Positions 40,035-49,642 of a stretch of DNA of 64,000 nt are shown piece after piece. The DNA is from an uncultured Actinomycetota bacterium (GTDB lineage: Bacteria > Actinomycetota > Actinomycetes > Actinomycetales > Dermatophilaceae), in assembly GCA_963695205.1 (NCBI GenBank), contig CAVOGI010000002.1:236670-300669 (forward strand). The letters run 5' to 3'. The notes below the pieces were generated by a model. The model searched no databases, was not told the DNA's origin, and saw nothing but the letters and a program-made list of their open reading frames with translations. Position 1 is the stretch's first letter; each line of letters opens with the position of its first letter. The position numbers and the translations under genes were made by a program.

Positions 40035-42988
40035 GTGGCCAAGGTCCGTGTAAGCGCGCTCGCGAAAGAGCTCGGCACCGACAGCAAGACGCTGATCGCC
40101 CACCTCAACAGCATCGGCGAGTACGTCAAGACAGCCAGCTCGACCATCGAGGCACCCGTCGTCCGCAAGGCGACGGAAACCTTCCCCGAGGACCAGAAGA
40201 AGTCCCCGGCCCCCAAGCCCGCCCCGGCGAAGCCGGCCGCTGCCGCGCCCGCCGCCCCGGCGGCGCCCACCCCGCCGGCTCCGGCCAAGCAGGCCCCGGC
40301 CGAGCCGCAGGCTCCCGCGGCCTCGGCCGCTCCTGCTGCCCCCGCTGCGGCTCCGGCTGCTCAGGCACCCTCCGCCCCGGCGGCTGCTGCTCCGGCTCCG
40401 GCTGCTCCGGCCCCCGTTGCCCCGGCAGCCAAGGCCACCCCGGCGGCTCCGGCCCCGGCCGCGCCAGCAGCTCCCGCCGCCAAGGCAGACGTGCAGTCCG
40501 CCCGCGACGGTGGCAAGCAGACCTCCGGTGTCCCCGCCTCCCCGCGCCCCGGCTCGGCTCCGCGTCCCGGCGGGCAGTCCGCTCCCCGCCCCGGCGCCCC
40601 GCGTCCGGGCAACAACCCGTTCGCGCCCAGCCAGGGCATGCGCACGGGTCGTGACGGTGGTCGCGATGGTGGCCGTGAGGGCGCTCCCCGTGAGGGTGCT
40701 CCCCGCGAGGCCGGGCGCCCGGCAACAACCCGTTCGCTCCCTCGCAGGGCATGCCGCGCCCGCAGAGCCGTCCCGGCGGTGCCGGTGCCGGTGCTGCAGG
40801 CCCGCGTCCCGGAGGAACCGCCGGCCCGGGTGGACCCCGTCCCGGTGGTCCGCGCCCGAGCCCGGGCATGATGCCCGACCGCAGCGCGGTCGGCCGTCCC
40901 GGTGAGCGTCCCGCCCGTGGTGGCGCCCGTGGCCCCGGTGGTCCCGGTGGCGCTGGTCGCGGCCCCGGTGGACCCGGTGCCGGTGCAGGTGGCGGCGGCT
41001 TCGCCGGTCGCCCCGGTGGCGGTGGCTTCCGCGGTGGCGCCGGTCGTGGCTCGACCGCAGGTGCCTTCGGCCGCGGTGGCGGTCGTCCGGTCCGTGGTCG
41101 CAAGTCCAAGCGCGCGAAGCGCCAGGAGTTCGAGCAGATGCAGGCGCCGTCGCTCGGTGGCGTCAGCGTGCCCCGCGGCAACGGCACGAGCCTCATCCGG
41201 GTGCGTCGCGGCTCGTCGCTCAGCGACTTCGCCGACAAGATCAACGCCAACCCCGGTGCGCTGGTGACGGTGCTGTTCCACCTCGGCGAGATGGCCACGG
41301 CCACCCAGTCGCTGGACGAGGACACCTTCAAGCTGCTCGGTGCCGAGCTCGGCTACAACATCGAGGTCGTCTCCCCCGAGGAGGAGGAGAAGGAGCTCTT
41401 CGACGCCTTCAACATCGACCTGGAGACGGGTATCGAGGGTGAGGACGACGAGGACCTCGAGGCTCGTCCGCCGGTCGTGACCGTCATGGGTCACGTCGAC
41501 CACGGAAAGACCCGACTGCTCGACGCCATCCGCAACGAGGACGTCGCCGGTGGCGAGTCCGGTGGCATCACCCAGCACATCGGTGCCTACCAGGTCCACA
41601 AGATGCACGAGGGCGTCGACCGTCCGATCACCTTCATCGACACCCCGGGTCACGAGGCGTTCACCGCCATGCGTGCCCGTGGTGCCAAGGTCACCGACAT
41701 CGCGATCCTCGTGGTCGCGGCCGACGACGGCGTCATGCCGCAGACCATCGAGGCGCTCAACCACGCCCAGGCTGCGGACGTGCCGATCGTCGTCGCGGTC
41801 AACAAGATCGACGTCGAGGGTGCGAACCCGTCCAAGGTCCGCCAGCAGCTCACCGAGTACAACCTGGTGGCCGAGGAGTACGGCGGCGAGACCATGTTCG
41901 TCGACGTGTCCGCCAAGGCCGGCCAGAACATCGACGCCCTCCTCGAGGCCGTCCTGCTCACCGCCGACGCGGCGCTCGACCTGCGTGCCAACGCCGACCG
42001 CGACGCCCGTGGTGTCGCGATCGAGGCCAACCTCGACCGTGGCCGTGGCGCCACGGCCACGGTGCTGGTCCAGGCCGGCACGCTGCACGTCGGTGACGCG
42101 ATCGTCACGGGTTCGGCCTACGGCCGTGTCCGCGCGATGCTCGACGAGCACGGCAACAACCTCAAGGAGGCGGGCCCGTCCCGTCCCGTCCAGGTGCTCG
42201 GTCTGTCCTCGGTCCCGCGCGCCGGTGACACCTTCGTGGTGGCCCCGGACGACCGCACGGCCCGTCAGATCGCCGAGCGGCGCGAAGCCGCCGACCGCCA
42301 GGCCTCCCTGGCCAAGGCTCGCAAGCGCATCTCCCTCGAGGACCTCAACGAGGCGCTCGCGGCTGGCAAGGTCGACACGCTCAACCTCATCCTCAAGGGC
42401 GACGTGTCCGGTTCTGTCGAGGCGCTCGAGGACGCGCTGCTGCAGATCGACGTGGGCGACGAGGTCGACCTGCGGATCATCGACCGCGGCGTCGGTGCGA
42501 TCACGATGAACAACATCAACCTCGCGATGGCGTCCGACGCGATCATCATCGGCTACAACGTCCGGGCCGAGGGCCAGAACGCTGACTACGCCGAGCGCGA
42601 GGGCGTCGAGATCCGCTACTACTCGGTGATCTACCAGGCCATCGAGGAGATCGAGGCAGCCCTGAAGGGCATGCTCAAGCCGGAGTTCGAGGAGGTGGAG
42701 CTCGGCACCGCCGAGATCCGCGAGATCTTCCGCTCCAGCAAGTTCGGCAACATCGCCGGATCGATCGTCCGCAGCGGCGAGATCAAGCGCGGCACCCGTG
42801 CGCGGATCACCCGCAACGGCGTCGTCATCTCGGAGAACGTCGAGATCGCCGGCCTGCGCCGGTTCAAGGACGACGTCACCGAGGTCCGCGACGGCTTCGA
42901 GTGCGGTATCAACCTGGGGTCCTACAACGACCTCCAGCTCGGCGACCTCATCGCCACCTACGAGATGCGCGAGAAGCCGCGCGCCTGA
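40035..42988 (+). CDS. infB: Translation initiation factor IF-2, frameshift near 40710
   Basis: MAKVRV..LAKELG, Pro/Ala/Gly/Arg-rich linker, [43 protein letters not shown]. Confidence 0.97.
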
Positions 42989-43070
42989 TCGTATGCAGCG
43001 TGAGCCGGGGGCGGCCTTCTGGTCGCTCCCGGCTCCGCGGGGTGGCGGTGACGTCGCCCGACGGCTCCGC

Positions 43071-43130
43071 GAGATGTTGGCGCTTGCACCTCTCGCAGGC
43101 TCGCCTTACGGTGCGGCGCGCCAACATCTC
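43071..43130. repeat. Long intergenic stem-loop between infB and rbfA
   Basis: gagatgttggcgc 43071-83 / gcgccaacatctc 43118-30 with inner gcacc / ggtgc. Confidence 0.7.
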
Positions 43131-43176
43131 AGCTTCGCCTCTGCCCCGCCAGATTCCCAGCAAGGAGACCACGCGC

Positions 43177-43674
43177 ATGGCTGACACCGGACGGGCCCGC
43201 AAGATCGCCGACCGCATCAAGGTCCTCATCGCGGCCAACGTCGTGTCGATCGTCAAGGACCCCGACCTCGGTTTCGTCACCATCACCGACGTCCGGGTGA
43301 CCGGCGACCTCCAGCACGCCTCGGTGTTCTACACCGTCTTCGGCGACGAGGTGCAGCGCGCGAAGACCGCTGCCCTGCTCGAGAAGAACAAGGGACGGCT
43401 GCGCTCGTTCGTCGGCCAGCAGATCAAGATCCGGCTCACGCCGAGCCTGGACTTCTTCGCGGACGCCATCCCCGAGACGGCGTCGCACCTCGAGGACCTC
43501 CTGCGCGAGGCCAAGGAGCGCGACGCGGCCGTGGCGGCCGCTGCGGCCGGCGCGACGTACGCCGGGGAGGCCGACCCGTACCGCAAGGACGACGACCTCG
43601 ACGGCGACGCTGACGAGGACGCCCTCGACGTGGACGCGACCGAGGACGGTACGGCGCCGGATGCCCGCGCCTGA
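43177..43674 (+). CDS. rbfA: Ribosome-binding factor A
   Basis: [37 protein letters not shown]; SD aaggag. Confidence 0.95.
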   Translation: MADTGRARKIADRIKVLIAANVVSIVKDPDLGFVTITDVRVTGDLQHASVFYTVFGDEVQRAKTAALLEKNKGRLRSFVGQQIKIRLTPSLDFFADAIPETASHLEDLLREAKERDAAVAAAAAGATYAGEADPYRKDDDLDGDADEDALDVDATEDGTAPDARA

Positions 43675-44577
43675 CGGCCTGCTCGTCGTCGACAAGCCCG
43701 GCGGCTGGACCAGCCACGACGTCGTCGGCCGGGGGCGTCGCCTGTGCGGCACCCGCAAGGTCGGCCACGCCGGCACCCTCGACCCGATGGCCACCGGCGT
43801 CCTCGTCCTCGGCATCGGCCGGGCCACCAGGCTGCTGACCTTCCTCGTCGGCTGCGACAAGGACTACACCGCGACCATCCGCCTGGGCCAGGCGACGATC
43901 ACCGACGACGCCGAGGGCGAGGTCACCGCCTCGGTCGCGGCCGACGGGGTCGACCCGCGAGGCGCTGGACGCCGCGGTGGCCGGGCTGACCGGTGACATC
44001 CAGCAGGTCCCGAGCAGCGTCTCCGCCATCAAGGTCAACGGCCAGCGCTCCTACCACCGGGTCCGCGCCGGCGAGGACGTGCAGCTCCCTGCCCGTCCCG
44101 CGACCGTCAGCCGGTTCGCGGTGCTCGACACCCGGCCGGCCGACGTCGACGGCACCCCGGTGCTCGACGTCGACGTCGAGGTGACGGTCAGCTCGGGCAC
44201 CTACGTGCGCGCCCTGGCCCGTGACCTCGGCGCGGCTCTGGGCGTGGGCGGTCACCTCACCGCGCTGCGCCGGACGCGGGTCGGGGCGTTCACCCTCGAC
44301 CAGGCGCACGACCTCGAGGACCTCGGTCGCCTCGACGGTCCGGAGCTGGTGCCCGTCACCCCGCTCGCCGAGGCGGCCCGCGCCCAGTTCGCCGTGCGCG
44401 AGCTGAGCGAGGATCGAGGCCCGCACCATCGGCTTCGGCCAGCGCGTCGACTCGGCCGAGCCGGGGCGCGCCGACCCGGTCGCCGCCTTCGCACCGGACG
44501 GCACCCTGGTGGCGATGCTCGATGAGTCCGGTCACAAAGCGAGGTCGCACGTCGTGTTCGCCCCGGCAGGTTCGTAG
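43661..44577 (+). CDS. truB: tRNA pseudouridine(55) synthase, frameshifted
   Basis: [50 protein letters not shown]. Confidence 0.95.
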
Positions 44578-44587
44578 AGTGTCCTCC

Positions 44588-45555
44588 GTGCACCGCTGGA
44601 CCGACCCCGCCCGGACCCCTGACTCGCTGCGACGCAGCGTGGCGACCTTCGGCAACTTCGACGGGGTCCACCTCGGGCACCGCGCCGTGCTGAGCCGGTT
44701 GCTCGAGGAGGGCGGACACCGTCGGCCTGCCGAGCGTCGCCGTCACCTTCGACCCCCACCCGTCGCGGATCTTCCACCCCGACGACGGTCTCGAGCTCAT
44801 CGCTCCCGGCCGCCTGCGCGACGAGCTGCTCGCCGAGACGGGCATCGACGGGCTGCTCGTCCTCGACTTCACGCGCGAGTTCGCCGACCAGACCGCGGAG
44901 GAGTTCGTCGTCAGCACGTTCGTCGAGACGCTCGGCGTGCGCGGCGCTCGTCGTCGGCGCCGACGCCCGGGGCTTCGGGCGCGGCTACACCGGCGACGTC
45001 GACACGCCTGCGCGAGCTCGGGGGCCGTCCACGGCTTCGACGTCGTCGTCCTGGACGACCTCGGCGACGGGGAGCGCTGGTCGTCCTCGGCGGTCCGCCG
45101 CCACCTGGCTGCCGGTGAGGTCGCCGCCGGCTGCAGCGATCCTCGGACGCCCGCACCGGATGAGCGGCACGGTCGTCCACGGCGCCCACCGCGGTCGCGA
45201 GCTCGGCTACCCGACCGCCAACCTCTCCGACGACGCCCTGGGCCTGGTCCCCGCCGACGGGGTCTATGCCGGCTGGCTCACCCGCACGGTCTGGACGCCC
45301 GAGGACCCCGAGCGCACCCTGCCGTGCGCCATCTCGGTCGGCACCAACCCGACCTTCGACGGCACGCTGCGCACCGTCGAGGCCTACGTCCTCGACCGCA
45401 CCGACCTCGACCTGTATGACGAGCAGGTCACCGTGGAGTTCGTGGAGCACATCCGCCCGACGCTGCGCTTCGAGTCGATCGAGGAGCTGCTGGAGGCCAT
45501 GGCCGGGGACATCGAGAAGTGCCGACAGGTCCTGGCCTCGATCGTCCCGTCCTGA
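44588..45555 (+). CDS. ribF: Bifunctional riboflavin kinase / FAD synthetase, frameshifted
   Basis: GNFDGVHLGH, TFDPHP, SSSAVR, RGRELGYPTAN, GVYAG, SVGTNPTF, EAYVLD. Confidence 0.95.
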
Positions 45556-46711
45556 CCGCACCCCGCCGAGGCGGGTTCTGGTCCAGGGCGAGCGGGGGAG
45601 CCGCTCTGCTGGGCGCGCAGCGACTGGGGCCTGGTCATCGCCGCCCTCGGGTTGTCCGCTGGTCGGTGGCCCTGCTCGTCTGGTCGGCGACGCGGCAGGA
45701 GGCCGGGACGGCATACCTCGTGCGGCACCTGTTCAACACCACGGTCGGGCATGCTCATCGCGGCCGTGGTGACCCGCATGGGCCACCAGCGGCTGCGGGC
45801 CGTGGCCCCGCTGCTCTACCTCCTGTCGGTCGGCGGGCTGCTGCTCGTGCTCACGCCGGTCGGGTCGACGGTGAACGGCTCGCACTCGTGGATCCTGCTG
45901 CCGGGCGGCTTCTCGGTGCAGCCGTCGGAGTTCGCCAAGGTGGCGCTGTGCCTCGGGCTCGCCCTCATCCTGGGCGAGCGGCTGCGACCGCGGCGCCGAG
46001 CCGACGGTGCGCGACCTCGCCGTCGCGGTGGCGGTGGCCGCCGTCCCCGTCGGGCTGGTCATGCTGCAGCCCGACCTGGGCTCGGCGCTCGTGCTGGGTG
46101 CGCTCGCCTTCGGGCGTGATCGCGGTCGCCGGCACCCCGAAGCGGTGGCTGGCCGCTGGCCGTCGGGCTCGTGGCCACCGGGGTCGTGGTGGCGCTGACG
46201 ACGCCGGTGCTCAGCGCCTACCAGCGCGACCGGCTCACCGCGTTCGTCGACCCGCAGGCCGACCCGCAGGGCATCGGCTACCAGACCCGCCAGGTGCGGA
46301 TCGCGATCGGCTCGGGGGGCTGGCAGGGCCAGGGGCTGTTCGAGGGGCGGCAGACCCAGGGCGGCTTCATCCCCTTCCAGCAGACCGACTTCGTCTTCTC
46401 GGTGGCGGGGGAGGAGCTCGGGTTCGTCGGTGCCGCGGGTCTGCTCGTGCTCCTGCTGGGCTTCGTCGTCGCTGCGGGCGGTCCTCGTGGCCGCCCGCGC
46501 CCAGGACGCCTTCGGCCGGCTGATGGCGATCGGCGTCGCGGTGTGGCTCGCTGTTCCAGGTGTTCGAGAACGTCGGCATGAACCTCGGGCTCATGCCGGT
46601 CACCGGGCTGCCGCTGCCGTTCCTGTCCTACGGCGGGTCCTCGATGTTCGCGTGCTGGCTGGCGATCGGGCTGGTCAACAACGTCCACCTGTCGTCGCAC
46701 GTCGGACGTGA
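45519..46711 (+). CDS. rodA: SEDS protein RodA (FtsW/RodA family), frameshifted; start uncertain
   Basis: DWGL, QPSEFAK, QPDLG, YQRDRL..F.DP, Q..IAIGSGG, TDFVF..AGEELGF, MPVTGLPLPFLSYGGSS. Confidence 0.88.
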
Positions 46712-46874
46712 GTCGCGGGCCTGCGGTCGACCGTTCGGCCACAATCGCGGCGATCTGCCCCGCCGGTGCGGGCAGCGTGGCACGATCCCGGCGCAACGCG
46801 CCACCGCCGAGCCGAGGACGGTCATGCCGAGCCACCACCCAGCACCTGCACACACGCGCCCATGCGACGAGCGG

Positions 46875-48709
46875 GTGAACACGGCCGTCATCGACGGCCG
46901 CGCCCAGACGTGTCGCCCACCTGTTCCGCGACCGCGTCGCCAAGAGCCCGCAAGGCCGAGGCGTTCCGCTTCGCCGAGGGCGGCCGGACCCAGACCTGGA
47001 GGTCGGTGACCTGGAGCGCAGGTGCAGCGAGCAGGCCTACCGGCTCGCCGCCGGCCTGATCGCCCTCGGGCGTGGAGCCCGAGGACCGCGTCGCGATCGC
47101 CTCGTCCACCCGGTACGAGTGGGCCCTGGCCGACCTGGCCGTGATGTGCGCGGGCGGCGCGACGACGACGATCTACCCGACGACCATCGCGCCCGACGTG
47201 TCCTACATCGCTCGCCAACTCCGGCAGCGTGGTCGTCTTCGCCGAGGACGACGAGCAGGTCGCCAAGCTGCGCGACCGCCGGGTCGACATGCCCGACGTG
47301 GCGCGGGTGGTCACCTTCGACGGGCACGGCCGACGGCGACTGGGTGATCGGCCTCGACGAGCTCGAGGAGATGGGGCGTCGAGCTGCTGGCGACCAACCC
47401 GTCGGCCGTCGACGACCGGATCGATGCGCTGCACCCGCGACCGGCTGGCGACGATCATCTACACCTCCGGCACCACCGGCCGTCCCAAGGGCGTCCGGCT
47501 CACCCACGACGCGTGGACGTACGAGGCGGCCGCGGTCGACGCGATCGGCATCCTGCGGCGGCGACGACCTGCAGTACCTCTGGCTGCCGCTGGCGCACGT
47601 GTTCGGCAAGGTCCTGCTGACCCTGCCCGCTCCAGATCGGCTTCCCGACCGCCATCGACGGCCGGGTCGACAAGATCGTCGACAACCTCGCCGTGGTGCA
47701 GCCCACCTTCATGGGCGCTGCCCCGCGCATCTTCGAGAAGGCCTACGGCCGCATCACGACGATGATGGCCAAGGAGGGCGGCCTCAAGGAGAAGCTCTTC
47801 GTCTGGGCGGTCAGCGTCGGGCCGCGACGTCGCCGGCATGCGTGCGCGCGGCGAGGAGCCGACGGGCATGCTCGCGAAGCAAGCTGCGCCCTCGCCGACA
47901 AGCTGGTCCTGCACAAGGTGCGCGACCGGTTCGGCGGACGCATCCGCTTCTTCATCTCCGGTTCGGCCGCGCTCAACCACGACATCGCGCAGCTGGTTCG
48001 ACTCGATCGGCCTGACCATCCTCGAGGGCTACGGCCTCACCGAGACCAGCGCCGCATCCTTCGTGAACCGCCCGGCCTCCAACCGGATCGGCACGGTCGG
48101 CTGGGCGCTGCCGGGCACCGAGGCCAAGATCGCCGAGGACGGCGAGGTCCTGCTGCGCGGGCCCGGCATCATGCAGGGCTACCACAACAAGCCCGAGGAG
48201 ACGGCCGAGACCAAGGATGCCGAGGGCTGGCTGCACACCGGCGACATCGGTGAGCTCGACGACCGCGGCTACCTCAGGATCACCGACCGCAAGAAGGACT
48301 TCTTCAAGACCTCGAGCGGCAAGTACGTCGCCCCGTCGATGATCGAGTCGACGCTTCAAGGGCATCTGCCCCTACGTCAGCCAGTTCATGGTCTACGGCG
48401 CCGACCACAACTTCGTCACCGCGCTGGTCACGCTCGACCCGGAGTCGATCCAGGACTGGGCCGCCAACCACGGCGTCTCGGGCTCCTACCGCGGAGATCG
48501 TGACGTCGAAGGAGGCCCACGACATGGTGCAGGTCTACATCGACACCCTCAACGTCAACCTCAACCGTTGGGAGCAGATCAAGAAGTTCACGATCCTCGA
48601 CCACGACCTGACCATCGAGGACGGCGACCTCACGCCCAGCCTGAAGCTGCGTCGCAAGGCCGTCAGCGAGAAGTACCAGACGATGCTCGACAGCCACTAC
48701 GCGAGCTGA
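46875..48709 (+). CDS. Long-chain fatty acid--CoA ligase (FadD15-like), frameshifted
   Basis: IYTSGTTGRPKGV, LPLAH, PRIFEK, EGYGLTE, GWLHTGDIG, ITDRKKD, LTPSLKLRR. Confidence 0.9.
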
Positions 48710-48716
48710 TCGACCG

Positions 48717-48756
48717 GACGCCGCCGTGGTCGCCGACGAGCGACCGCGGCGGCGTC
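48717..48756. terminator. 17-bp hairpin between convergent fadD-like gene and pcm
   Basis: gacgccgccgtggtcgc / gcgaccgcggcggcgtc. Confidence 0.65.
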
Positions 48757-48781
48757 GTCGTGTCGGCATCCTGGTTCGGTG

Positions 48782-49384
48782 TCAGCCGGGGTCGTCGCTC
48801 ACCGGCACCGGGTCCGACACGAGGGGGACGAACCGGTACCACCCCTGCTCCTGGACCACCGGGCCCTGAGGCGTCGCGTCGACCCGGAGCATCCTGCCTG
48901 CCACCGGGATGACCATGACGCCTGCTGGCGCCACCTGGGCGAGGAGCTCGTCGGGCAGCCGCTCGGGAGCGGCCGACACCAGGATGCGGTCGTACGGCGC
49001 CCCGGACGGCTTTCCCAGCACCCCGGGGTCGGCGGCCACCACGCAGGCCCACGGCATACCCGCGGCCGCGACGTTCGCCGCCCCAGCGGTCACCAGCTCC
49101 GGCACCCGCTCGACACCCGTCACGCTCCCGCGCGGCCCGGTGAGCCAGCCGACCAGGGCGGTGGTCCAGCCCGACCCGGCACCCACGTCGAGCACCCGGT
49201 CACCCTCACGCACCTCGAGCAGCTCGAGCATGTGGCGCACCGTCGTCGGCTGGCTGTTGGTCTGGCCGTGGCCGATCGGGAGGGGGGCGTCCCTGGACGC
49301 GTACGGCACCTGCGCCCGAGGCAGGAAGGAGGAGCGCGGTACCGCCTCCATCGCGGCCGCGACGCGGTCCTGCGCGCTCGCCAC
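48782..49384 (-). CDS. pcm: Protein-L-isoaspartate O-methyltransferase
   Basis: VPR..F, PLPIGHGQTNSQP, VLDVGAGSGW, PYDRILVSA, FVPL. Confidence 0.9.
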   Translation of the reverse strand: MASAQDRVAAAMEAVPRSSFLPRAQVPYASRDAPLPIGHGQTNSQPTTVRHMLELLEVREGDRVLDVGAGSGWTTALVGWLTGPRGSVTGVERVPELVTAGAANVAAAGMPWACVVAADPGVLGKPSGAPYDRILVSAAPERLPDELLAQVAPAGVMVIPVAGRMLRVDATPQGPVVQEQGWYRFVPLVSDPVPVSDDPG

Positions 49385-49417
49385 CCCTTCAGTATGCGCG
49401 GCGCCCGCAGGTGCGGA

Positions 49418-49549
49418 TCACCGGTGGACGGCGGCGCGATGGCTCGTGGGGGCGGGGCCGTCGGGACCCGGACCGATCGCGTGGGTCGCGACGGCGACCA
49501 GGAAGAGCAGGGCGAAGGCTGCCATGAGCCGGACCGTCGAGGCGCGCAT
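49418..49549 (-). CDS. Putative 43-aa leaderless exported/membrane micropeptide
   Basis: MRASTVRLMAAFALLFLVAVATHAIGPG...; TATCCT -10-like hexamer 7 nt upstream of ATG. Confidence 0.35.
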   Translation of the reverse strand: MRASTVRLMAAFALLFLVAVATHAIGPGPDGPAPTSHRAAVHR

Positions 49550-49642
49550 GGCCACGAGGATAGGAAGGACGTCTGGGAGGATCCTGAAACCCGTTCGGGC
49601 GTTTTCGGCGGGGGAGCGATGCACCGTTACCCTTGACCCACC

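Noticed and set aside
40200-41100. Pro/Ala- and Gly/Arg-rich repeats in infB
   Set aside because: Normal low-complexity N-terminal region of actinobacterial IF2.
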